A stretch of 64,000 nt of DNA from contig NC_083277.1 of assembly GCF_963506605.1 (NCBI RefSeq), positions 88,226,001-88,290,000 of the forward strand, written 5' to 3'. Source of the DNA: Zootoca vivipara. Lineage: Eukaryota. Made by a program: the position numbers and the translations under genes. This document shows, in pieces, positions 1-12,269 of this stretch; positions within the stretch are counted from its first letter, which is position 1; each line of letters opens with the position of its first letter. The notes beneath the pieces were generated by a model. It did no database searches and had not been told where the DNA came from. It saw only the letters and a program-made list of their open reading frames with translations.

Positions 1-1454
1 AACATAGGCAAATTCAAACCTGGAAATAACACATTGATTCTTTTCAGGGTCAGGTAGTGATGCAATTGTTTATTTATTAACCAAATTTGTATACCACTTA
101 ATTGTAAATAAAACCTCTAAGCAATTTACAAAGAATCCAGTCAGATGACTTCTTCTTCAGAAGCTTATTGGCAATTCAGACTGTCTCCACCATCAGCAAA
201 GGCGATGGAGAGATATCCTCTACATATCTTCTTGGGGTCAGTGATTTATGCGAGGTGAAGTGGTTAGATTGGAACCTGGGATCTCATTCCAACTCTGCTG
301 TGAAGCTCACTAAGCGATATTGGGACAGCTGCTATCTCTTCCAGCCTAATCTACTTCCTATGGTTAGTCTGATCTAAAAGCAAAATAAAGTGAGAGCCAT
401 GTACATTGCCCTGAGCTCTTAAGAGGAAGGGCAGGATACAAAAGGAATAAATAATTACCAAGTGAATTACCCTCAATTTGCTGCTATGAATGCTCCTTCA
501 GTACAAAAGTGAAAATGGCTTAATTAGCTAAACAGCAATGACACTCATAAAATTTTAGGAAACATGCTTTGAGCTAAAGAAATCTCAATTCTGAATCATG
601 TTACAGCAGCCATCTGGGATGCTGCTGCGGTTGGTATATGATCTTCAGAGCTCCCCTGAGAATGTTAATCTCCTTAGCTCCTTGGCATGTGATTCTGTTT
701 GAGGCATTCTTTCTGATTACTTCAAATTGTGGGGTGGGGTGGGGAACCCAAGCATTTCCTTCATATTGTAAATAATATTTCCACATGAAAGTCACTCAGG
801 GCTGAATATTGGGTAGTCTCAGATGGTTGTGCTTTTGAGTGGAACAGCTTGCAAATGGATTACCAGGTTCAAGTGAAACATTAACAAGGGCAGGATGGAA
901 AATAGACTTCATCGCCATACATGGAGGACAGGAGTCGCTCGGCATTGACACCCTATTTCTGTACTCAAGTCTGTCCACCAGCTGGTAAGTGCTGATGCAA
1001 AGGTAACTGATCTCAGGAAAAACATGGGTCCCTAATGTCCATAAAGGAACATTACTGGGTGAAGGTTTAAAAATAGAGGCAATCAATGTGATGCACCCAA
1101 GGCTGTCCTGAGAGCAGCTCTACTCTTGTAACAGTGCTGACAGAAAAGAGTGACGTGGGTTCCAGTTTTCCATGCAAGAAGTGTGCCTGTTAAGATTACC
1201 TTATGAAGGAGTGAGTGGATCCTCCTTACACTTGAGCAGCAAGTTGCTTCTTAACCTGATCAGCAATAAGTCCTACAGATTAAAAATGGGTGATGTGGGA
1301 TACCTTTCTGTTTAACTTTTATCACCTCTGTTATGGAGGCAAGCCACCTATTTTTGAGGGCTGTAGCCTTTAAACAAAAAGTACAGTAGGCAACACACAG
1401 CAACACTGGAGGCTGGACCATTAGGGGGAAGGAGGAACTGCTCCACTAACCTAA

Positions 1455-1762
1455 GGGCTCATCCATACTTTCTTTGTTCTGCATTTCCAGACACAGGTCC
1501 ATGCTTCAAAACTTCCTTTCTTCTTCTTTGCCTCAGAGATTTCCCCACGAAAACCTACTCTTTCCCTGCAAAAGCCTACTCTATACCACCAAATTGGAGC
1601 AAATGACAATTCACAGAAACCCTGAATTGCTGTTTGTTCTGATTCAATGTTAAAGAGCGGATTTTCCTGGAGAAAGCAGCAGAGTGGGGAAAGCAGTTGG
1701 ATATGGGCTGGGAAAATGCAGACCTGTGCCTAAAAAGCTTGGGACAAAAGATAAATGAGCCC
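1455..1762. mobile_element. Probable PIF/Harbinger-type MITE
   Basis: TIR GGGCTCAT/ATGAGCCC, flanks TAA/TCA; degenerate relative at about 31750-31950. Confidence 0.55.
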
Positions 1763-4700
1763 TCAATCTGGTATCATTCAGCCTCTGTCTTCCTGCCTTC
1801 CTACTTGCACCCAATCCAAGGAGTAGCACTGCCCACCAGCTTCCTCAATGTCAGTGTTGCACTTGTCGAATTCAGCAGGGAGCAGGTTGGGGACAAAACT
1901 AGAATTGGCTCAGGCTCCAAATACTGTTGGACTTCCAACCTGATGTCCTACAAGTCCCAGTGGGCATCAGCCACAACCGCACTGCAGTGTTCCCTTCCAG
2001 CTTCTCACTATGGAACCAGATTTCTTCAAGCTACTACAAGACCAATAACAAAATAGTAAGACCAATTACTTAGTCACTTCTCCTGGTTTTGTGATGTAAT
2101 ATTATGTATAAAACACATGCGGTATAAATTGGTGATGAAAGACACGGCAAAAAATAAAGAGGGTAGGAAATAATCTAAGACACAGATTATGTATAAATGC
2201 AAGCAGGAGAAAGGGAAGGAAGAACAACTGCAATATAAATGTGATTAAGAAGATCAAAGTGCTTTGGGTTTTTGTGCACAAAGGGCAGGCCAACCAGGAG
2301 CAGCTGTAGTCTTTAATTCAATAGTGGACACGATCACTCCTGCAAGAAACATACCAACCAGTTCAAAGAACTCGAGGGAAATAAAGAGCAAATGATGGAA
2401 AGATAGATCTAGGTCCCGGAAACCTGCATTTGACTGCCATGGCAATGTATGATATAACTCTGTCAACTTGTTCAAGATTAGGTTCTCACAATCAACCAAA
2501 ATTAAGGAAGGAGATGTTTAGTCAGATTATCAGAAGAGAGCCAAAAGGTCTTTACTGTTTCAATGAGAAGCAACAGCAATGTGTTCAAGAACTGGCTGCC
2601 GCAGAACCACACTGTGCGGGGACAGATTTTATGCATGCAGTAGTCAAGAAGTGAGCCTCTGTAGAGATGTTTGGCAGCCTGCACCACCATCAATAAACTA
2701 TGCCACTGGCATATGCAAACCATTAGAGGCTTCTGGGCAAGAACCTCCTAGATGAAGAAACAGTCTGAAAAAGTGTAGTCAGTGCTTGCCTAAAGCAGGG
2801 GTGGCACTTGGACTAATTTCACGCAGGTGAATGGGAAGAAATGGGTGACAGAGAGGGGGGGAGAGAAAGAAAGACAAAAGGAGCTACCCCATCCATTTAT
2901 GCCTCAGGTCCATGCATTCTGATTGACTCTCAGAATGTGCACCTCCCAGGAGAAAAAAGGGTTCTCCACCCCAGCTCAAAGTTTAGAAACAGGAGCAGCT
3001 GTGTGGGGCTTCGTCTGTCCACATGTTTCTGCAATATATCAGCTTCTGCATATCATGTATGCATCTTTTTCTTCTCATCTCCATAAATCCCTATACATTA
3101 TTATTCCCCTTAAACTATCATTGAAAGATGCCTACCAATGAACCCTTGGTTTGGACATTTCTGACTGAATGAGTATTTTCTCACAAATAAAGTGTAAGAA
3201 ATTTAAAAGGAGGTTGGAGAAAAAAATGGAGAGCACACTCTCCCACAGGTGTTCTGCCTTATCCAATATTTTATTAATGAGCTGAATCCAGAGCCAATGT
3301 TTAAGAGCCAAGTCAATCCACCTAGATCCTGAAATGTATATAATTTCATTGTGTACTAAACAGCAGAGATGGGAAACGTCCGATGGCAGTTATTAGATCA
3401 CACAGTCTTGCTGTTATTGCACTCCTGTTCTACTTTTTGCTGTGCTTCTGCCTTAAGCCCCTTTCTCCGCTCCCCCCGCCCCCCCCCCAGCATGAACTTC
3501 TCAGCCTTGTCATATTACTCACCAGCTGTGTAACAGGAACCCTTCAGCTGTTTTGATGTATGAGGCATGAGCATGTCTGAGCCTCATCCTGTCCTTTTGA
3601 GACCCTGTGTCCAAATACCTGGTGCTGGCTAGAGAGACAGGAGAAGTTTATTAACCCTCCCAGCTATGGTGAATTGTTTGAAGTCGCTCCTTCTAAATTT
3701 CCATTTCCCTGATGTTACCTCTGTCTTCATCAGGGTGATGTTTTTTGTCTCTCTCATTCTGTGACTGATGTTATTCTCACATGTCATCGGTGCCTGGTTC
3801 AAAATCCCAAACCCAGCGAAATGGTACACACATCATCTGCTGTGCTTGTGCCCGTGCCCACTGTTGCACGAGTGTGCCCAAGTGGTTAACGGTTAACACT
3901 CATGGTTAACCAACAATTCGTTCAAGAACAAAGCTTAGAACATCACAGTGTTTCCTCATTAAATCAATTTAACGCTTTCAGTTCTACTTTTCCTGTAACA
4001 GTTATAGTTGTTAGAGGAGACCTCCTCGAGGATGCCCCAATTAAGCACCACAATATCCTGGCAAAGGGAATACGAAAAGTCCTTTAAAAAAAAAAAGGTT
4101 AATCTAACCAACAGTACTATCTCTGCAGGGCAAAATAAAAAAAATAAAAAAATATTTTAAGCAGAGAAAAATCTAGCCTTACCATCTTCATGGTGCAGAG
4201 CTTGGAAGAATCCTAACAGAAGTGTGTAGAGAGGAGACATTCAGCCTGGGAGCAGGATGGCTCCAGTACTTTTTTTGTTTTGTTTTTGTTTACCCAGAGC
4301 CAAGATTCCTGAGCATTCTCTGGTTACAGGAGAGCGGCTGAAGTCCAAGGATGCTGTTGGAAAAAGATGATCCCTTGAGGCATTTCTGCTAATACTGAAA
4401 ACATGGTTGAGCACGACTCTATAAAGCTGCAAATCCCGCAGGGAATGTTTTTAGAAACACATTAATGCCTCGCCTAAATCAGAGGCAGGCCAAAGCCTCA
4501 GTCAAAATTTCAGAGCAGTATCACAAGGAATAGGAGGCACTCAAATGCCATAATTCTACTTTTTGTGTGAGTGTGACATATTTGAACATGGGACTTGAAC
4601 ACAGCAAACTAGGCTCCTCTTTCCATTACTGCCATCCCCTCCCTTAAATTGCCTCTCAGTCCTGAGGAAGAAATATGGCATGTTCTTATTCAGTGACCAA

Positions 4701-6884
4701 GAACTGAATAGTGTTGTATTCAGTGCTTTTTTGTGGTGGTACAAGCACTCCTTTTTTTGTTGCCCATTGTAACCATTATGTGCTGCCACCCCTGTTACTT
4801 TTATCAAGATACAAGTACCAGCACCTCATTTATTTTTTTGCCCGAAAAAGCACTGGTTGTAGTCAACTAAGTTTAACTCAGAGTAGACCTGTAATAGTTT
4901 TAACTTAGTTATATTCATTAATCTTGATGAGTCTACTCTGAGTAAAATATAGTTGAATACCACCCGTTTTCTTTGGGATCTCCACCTGGCAACTCCACTT
5001 CTATTTATTTTCCTGCACCCAATTTACTTTCACTTCCCACATTTTTTATTTTAGCTGTACTGGTGATGTAAAAAGTACTTTGCTCCTAATTTCAAAGCAG
5101 TTAGGACCTCACCTTTTCAACTGTTAAATGAAGTGAATGGGGGAAGTTTTTATTTGTCCACCTACTTTCTGGTTAAATTATTTATTTCTTATTTATTTGA
5201 AGAATTTTGGATCACACTCTTTAGCCCAGCAAGTTTTCCAGGGCAGCTTCCAGGTCACTACAGATGAGAGAGGCCCTGCCCTCAGGCTTGCAATCTAAAA
5301 AAAAACCCATGAGATTGAGAGAGAAGTGGAAATAAGCAAACTCAAGCACAAGTTCTTAATTACAAGTTCTTTTAATGACCAGCTGGGGTAGAAAAGTTCA
5401 AGGAGAGGAGGAGCCAAACATGGCTGGCTTTTCAGCTGTGTCATTGGAATGGTTGCCGTGAAATGACGAGGAAGGAAGGAGCCTGGGTTTACAGCAAATC
5501 TGATTATGGCCTTGCATCATTTCTCTTCCTTCCTCTATTACAGCCTGATGTAATAGCTACTGCCAGGTGACAGTTCGGAGAGAGGGAGGAGTCCAAATTC
5601 TCAGCACAGTTTTTGGTGACCCTGCATCTCTTCTTTTCCAGTGTAGCAAAATCACATCCAGAACAGAAGTATGCTACGTAAGATGGTTTACAATTTGAAT
5701 TTGGATACTTATGTCCAGGGGTAATATTCACCTTGACTTCTTAGGTAGGCCTTCAATCTGTGGATGACACTTAATGGTGGAAGGTTTCTTGGGGTGTGGG
5801 GAGGGACTAGCTGTGGAATACATGACATAACTGGATCTGAGTTTGCAGCTCAAGCTTAGGAAGCACGTCACTTTTCAAAATGAACTTTAAAAAATCTCTT
5901 TTTAGTCTTTTTAAACTATGTGTTGGTTGGAGTGTATCTACCAGATGATTACCTCAATCAGCTTTTTTTGTGTGTCGTATTGTGCCTTTCTGTTGTATGA
6001 TTTTTAAAATATAGTTACAGAAAATCAATGTTGGGCAGAAAAGCAGTGTTTGACAAAAACTGTAAATGGTTCCAAATAAAGTATGTGCTAACAAGTGTTA
6101 TTTCTGAATTCCATATTACATGTACCACATAGGACAAAATTCAAATTGTAATACAATAAAATACAATATCTAAGAGAGAAATATTTCTTAGCACAACACA
6201 TTATAATTTCATATAAGACCAAATCCCCAAAAGCCTCTACCAGAGGGCAGGCCCATCGTAACTGTAAATAGGTTCCCTATTTAAATGCATTGTTTTCAGC
6301 TTCCCCTCACCCTTGAGCTTTGAGACCAAAACAAATTTATTTTTAAGTAACACAAGTAAAGATCTGCTTATATAATCCATTATCCTGAGATAGAAAACCC
6401 ACCAACTCATTCCAACTTATTATTTATATCGGAACATAATAAGCTGCCTTGGTTAGGGGTGTATTGAGCAGAAAAGCAAGTGAAAGAATATGAACAACTC
6501 CTGGAAAGGGCATGGAGTAATCCCATAAAGGGTTAGGAGAAAACCCCATTGAATTCAATAGGACTCCTGAGTGATCAGACATGGTTAGGATTGCACAGTT
6601 GCTCATTTTTCTTTCGTGAGAAGTCGCTAAGCAGCAACTAGGCAGCCATTGTAAACATGGCTGGGAATTTGGATGAAGAATAGTGGATCAATTTTGCTCC
6701 CTTACCCAAAGGTTTCAATTTCACACATATTTGGAATTCTAAATTTATTAATTTGGAGCCAGTGGTGAATGTGTTGGGTGTAAGATTAGGCAGATGGTAG
6801 TTTGAGTCCCCACTTGGCCATTGGAGGCCTTGCACCAGTCACTATTTCTCAGGGTAAAGATAAAATGGAGAAAAGAACCATGTA

Positions 6885-7047
6885 CAGTGGTACCTCAGTT
6901 TAAGTACGCAATTGGTTCCGGAAGTCTGTACTTAAGCTGAAGTGAACTTTCCATTTGAAAGTAATGGAAAGTGGATTAATCCGTTCCAGACGGTCCACGG
7001 AGTACCTAAACTGAAGCGTGCTTAACCTGAAGCGAACTTTCCCACTG
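6885..7047. mobile_element. Tc1/mariner (Tigger-like) MITE inserted in a SINE
   Basis: TA|CAGTGGTACCTC ... CCACTG|TA; same family as 60800-61226. Confidence 0.8.
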
Positions 7048-8571
7048 TATGCTACACTGAGCTCCTTGGATAAAGGATGTAATATTACTAATTGGGTTAG
7101 CAATAGGCTTTAACCCCTTAATCTAAAACAGATTCAAAGCTTGGGTACAAAAAGTTTGGGTTTAAAAAAGAATTCAAATTTTAAAATGTGGTAATATTGA
7201 AGGTTTAATATTTTTGTCATTAGAAACGCTAAATTCCTAGATAACGCTGCTTCAGTGTGTTTCTGTTTCAGAATTTAAAAATGTAAAGCACCACCGGTAG
7301 CAAACTGAGAAAACTGCAAACCTGGTCCTGAAGTCAGATATGCCCCTAAAAATTACATGGATCTGCTTAGTCCACAATGGGAAAGAGATGACAAACAGTT
7401 GCAGTGGAGCTTAGTGGACAGGATGAATGCCTCTAGCCTGCACTGCCTCTACCCACATTGTAGAGAAAACAATCTGGATACTTTGTATTATGCTGGAAGC
7501 CAAACACTGGAGTGCGAAACGTCCTTGTTATGCGAATAACTCCCTCTTTAATAGATAGCGAGGCATTACAAATATCCTCAAACAATCCCAATGGCTTTAT
7601 GTCTGGATTAGGCCTTCTCCATGTGTGTAGAATCTCTTCCAAAAGGAATGCCTTTGGCTGATTCACAACACAAACATAGCCAGAGAATGCATGGCCTGTG
7701 ATCACTGTCAGCCTTACAACAATGAGCAGACAAAGGCAAAAACGACGTGCTAATTGAAAGCAACACTTCATGCATTTATAGGTCAGGCTATCTACCAACT
7801 GCTAAAATGTCTCACAGAGCAGCTTGCCCATTTCCGTGGGAATATTTTCAGAGATTTTGAACACATGCCCTCTCTTCTTGTAGCATTGAAAGTTTGCATA
7901 ACTTTTTTGTTTTGTTGATCACATAAAACAAATGGCCTTCTAATGTACATCACAATATAAGCGCTCTCTCTCCCTCCCTCCATGTGTGTGTGTGTGTGTG
8001 TGTTGGTGGGTATAATCAGTGGGGCCTGTATAGAACACACAACTAGAAAAAGCAGTCAAAAGAAGACAGAGATTTGGGTAAAATGTGCATATCCTGATTT
8101 ATATGTATAGGCAGCAACCATTTGGCCTGGGGGTTCCATTCCTGGCCCCCATGTGTGTCAATGGAGCATGCATAAGCCCACTCTGCCCCATTCTGCTCTG
8201 CTACACCCCCATTCCACCCCCTGTTCTGCCCTCTTCCGTGTCCAAAGGGACCTGTTTGTCAGCAGCCACATGTTAATTGGACGAGCGCGAAATGCTCACC
8301 GCCTGTATGGAAGCCAATTTAAAAATTATTACAAATTAAAAAAAATTAAATCACACTACACTATACATCTCACCATAATTGGAGAAGTTGTGAGCAATTG
8401 ACCCAGTTGCCTGCTTGTTTGTTATCTGAGTGAAATTATTTCTGTGCAATACCAAGGCTCCTGTTCTCCCTTCTTACAGTGATTTGCTTTTAAAACAGTT
8501 TCAGACCAATGAACCCTTCAGAGAGAGGGCTGTCCTCTGTTGTCCCCTTTACAGAAGACCGTCCTCTATAA

Positions 8572-8777
8572 CAGTGTTTTTCAACCTTTTTTGGGCAAAG
8601 GCACACTTGTTTCATGAAAAAAATCACGAGGCACACCACCATTAGAAAATGTTAAAAAATTTAACTCTGTGCCTATATTGACTATATATAAAGTAATTTT
8701 TCAATTTTTCCCACGGCACACCAGGCAACATCTCGCGGCACACTAGTGTGCCGCGGAACAGTGGTTGAAAAACACTG
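8572..8777. mobile_element. hAT MITE, 206 bp
   Basis: TIR CAGTGTTTTTCAACC/GGTTGAAAAACACTG, 8-bp TSD CTCTATAA. Confidence 0.92.
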
Positions 8778-11434
8778 CTCTATAAAGTAGGACACATGGC
8801 TGCCCCTAGAAACAGGCCCTATCTTACTTACTATTGCTGCGTTAAAAAGCAGCTAAAATTGGAATTTTAACATTTCAGGAGGGCAGGTTTAAAAAAAACT
8901 AAAGAGGATTTACAGGGAGAGACGCAGGTTGTACAAGTTATGTAAAAGTTAGTATTTCTCAATCTGTAGACTTGGAAAGAGATGAAAATAACGTAGGATT
9001 CTACTTAAGATAAATCTCTCCCTGCCCGGTTTTCCTCAGGCTCAGCAATTAAGGGTCTGATGGCAATTCAGTGGCGTGATCTGGAAGAAAAGAAAGTACA
9101 GTACCAGTAACTGAGAAATGCTAACATCCATAGGCCTGAAGGAAGCAGAACTCATCCCAGTTATTTCAGCAGTATTCATACAAAAATACAATTAAGAATC
9201 AAGAGGACAATTTAATGTAGACACAGCACAGAACACCTGAGAGAAGCTTGGGAGGCCCTGCCCTAATTTATACACTTTTGGACACCTTTTTTTTTTGTTA
9301 AAAGAACCGTATCCCAAAATTCAGTGAAGCAGAAATTTCAAATGATAGCCATGTTTTGGTTTGTGTACTGTTTTCAGAGGAGCGAATTAGGTAGATGCAC
9401 ATTTAAATATGTACCAAAACAAAAAAACAAAAAAAAACCATATCCCTAGGCAAAGGAGACAGCAACAGGGTCCTAAAAGTGGCATACGAAGAAGCCTTTT
9501 CATAATGAATTCACCAAAAGTTACACCAAACACTTATGATAGCCAAGACCCTTGATTATGGGAGATAAGGAGTGAATTAGCTACTACAGCAATATTATGT
9601 TTCCTAGTCACCTAAAAGAAATGTATACAATACAATAATCTCTGTCAGCAATGGCTCTCTTTGAAAGATTGCAGGAAGAGCAGTTGCAGCCCTTTCCAAT
9701 CAAAGAAATCAAATCTACTTTATTTCTGAGAGGTGACGATCGAGCAGTTTTTCTAAACAACACATTTTCTTAATGTGCTCACTCTTAATGAATAGAGGGT
9801 GCGAAAAGAGCCTTCAAATGTCTTTTTGTTACCTGCCTATCTTCATGATCAATCTGAAATGAATGATATTCATTTCCCCCCCCCAGGCAGGCAGGAAAGC
9901 AGCCATCATTCATGGTACACATATTAAAAGGCTTCTGACCAAAGAAGGCCCTGTGCATTAGACTGCAACAGCAATATCTATTCAAGGGAGAAGTCTGTAA
10001 GCACTATAGACGGTCTATGTGAGGGTATCATTTCTTTAAATGAACCTGTAATGTGTAAAACAAATGCATAAATCCCAGAGTTCTTATATTTGGCCCAGAT
10101 CATATTCCATCCACAGCTGATGGACATATGCTGCACTCTCTCTCTTGAGAGCTCCAAACACCCACCACAAGTAATAACATGTCAGCGAAAAATAAGCTTC
10201 TTATGGCTGAAACCTAACCCTGGGGACATCGGTAAAAATAGCTCGACTGAATGTGCTCCTTGGAGATGTGCTTGTAAAGGAAACGCTGGTCCCAGGATAG
10301 GAGCACAATTTTTTAATGCCAAATTGGGTTCCCTTCTAAGGGGAGTTTCTCTTTTGTGTGGGGCCTTTCCACATACAAAGCACGTGCTCTATCACTGTAC
10401 TATTTTGTATCTTATTTTTTTGCAGACAGGACATACAAATTTATCAACTGCAGAACAGTCAGAAAGTCTACAGAGGAAAGGTAGACATACCCGTAGTTTG
10501 CTAGGCTGGAAAACTTAAAAGGCATACAGAGGGCAACTGGCCTTGTCACTTTGCATTCAGGAAATTATTAGTATACCCTTATGCTACCGCTTAAACATCA
10601 ATCAGTTCCTTTAAAAAAATCTCATTTTCAGAAACAGCATTTTATGTTTGAGATGGGACTGTCTGGATATGATATGTATTTGAGCCTGAACGTCAGAAAC
10701 AGAGGAAATTGGAATCTCCTGCACTTTGGTTAAATTAGCAAAGACCAGAGTAGGAAACCTTTGCTTTTACTAGAAGGGTATAGCTGGTGATAATGATTAA
10801 AGTTGTTTTAGCTTTGATTTTAGTGCCTAAACTGAAGCTTAGCTCTTTGGAAAATATTACTCTCTAGCTGGCAAAACACAGTGGTGCAAAGTGGAGATAA
10901 CAGGCATTCTGCATCAATGTTTCGGAATTGTGTGCTCTTCGAAGAGTATCATTGGCGCTAGAATTTACAGAAGGTGCACAGAGAATCGGGCCCCTAATCT
11001 CAATAAGAGAGGGAAGCTTCAGCTCCCAAGCTGCAAAACTGCTTATGATCATCCATTACTAACAGGTCCTTCCAAGAAGGCAAAGAAAAAGAATTTAAAG
11101 GGTGAAGAAAGGGAAAGGAATTTACTACAGATGCAAATTTAGTCCTGGGATCTTTTTAGAAGTCAAGAGGCAGTGTGTGGATATTCTTATTTTATCTAAC
11201 TAGAGGAAGAAGTTTCTTAAAGCCTGCTTCAGCTGTTAGCATATGGAAGATATGCTGTTATTCTAAAGGTCACCATTCTGCCTCCTGAGCAACTGTTGTA
11301 TCCTCTCAGGTCTTACTCTGACCTGACAGTCTTTCATCTCCTGACTTTGAAACTCCAAAGCTCAACAGCTTTTCTGGGTGTTCCTGTTCCTTGGGGATGA
11401 AAAAGCCCATTATGCTCATAGAGTGTAGTGGGGG

Positions 11435-12269
11435 TTGCGGACGAGCTCAAAAGAAATCTGGGAGGGGGTGGGATGTAGTTAGGCTGAGTCACGGGGCGTG
11501 CCATTGAGTTGATTGACAGCAGCATTTTACTTAATGCCCACGTTGCTTTCGGTTTCCCTCACTCGGAAAAAACCCTTCAAATCTCCCGCCCGCCGCTGCT
11601 TTTAGGCCTAGTCGACACTGTTTGCCCGTTTGCGGGGGTCGCCTGTATTCAGGGGCCCAGTAGGAATTTTGCCACTTGGCTGATTGGCTGTTGCCATTTG
11701 GTTTTTGCCTACTGACAAGCAAATTGTCACAAGTTGTTAGGTTGGCCGTTAGGCTTTGGTTAAAATTGGTATAGGAGGGGCATGGCATAAAAAATACCTA
11801 CCCTTACTTGCTCCTTATAGAAGTATTCCGTTAAAGGAATCCTGGGGCTCAGGGACTCTAGTCCATTCATCCTGCCATAGGCAAGGATGGTGTGGCCATT
11901 ACAAAGCCGAGCCTTGCGGAACACTCCTTGGGGGAGGAGAGTGCCTGTGAACCGTACCTCCAATCCCTTGGGGTGTTTACTTGACTTACCTACCATTAGG
12001 CAAGTCGGAGCTGGTCCTGACCCAATGGGTCAGATGGAATTGGTCCTGCCCAACCAGGGCAGATGGAATGGTCCTGACCCAATGGGGGTCAGATGGAAAT
12101 GGTCCTGTCCCTTAGAGTGGACAGATGGATTAACCAAAGCCTAAGCCAACACTCAGAATTAAAATGTATTTTGAATAAAGTTGTGGCCAAAATAATGCCA
12201 AAAACCCAAACCTAAAATATCGTGTCAGTTGTGAGTTATTTTGGGATTTCTGGGAGCTTTGTCACGCAA
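11435..12269 (+). mobile_element. LTR-like or tyrosine-recombinase-like solo repeat without TSD (copy A)
   Basis: GGGG|TTGCGGAC...GTCACGCAA; CpG-rich; shares TTCCRTTAAAGGAATCC, CCAAWGCCTANGCCAA and AATAAAGTTGTGGCC with 62765-63270. Confidence 0.65.
12012..12129 (+). repeat. Four tandem ~29-nt hairpin units
   Basis: TGGTC-CTG[stem-loop]CAG-ATGGA x4 with variable but self-complementary interiors. Confidence 0.9.

Noticed and set aside
12012-12129. CRISPR-like repeat-spacer appearance
   Set aside because: Vertebrate DNA with no cas genes; the variable parts are only about 11-14 nt and self-complementary, so it is treated as a hairpin array
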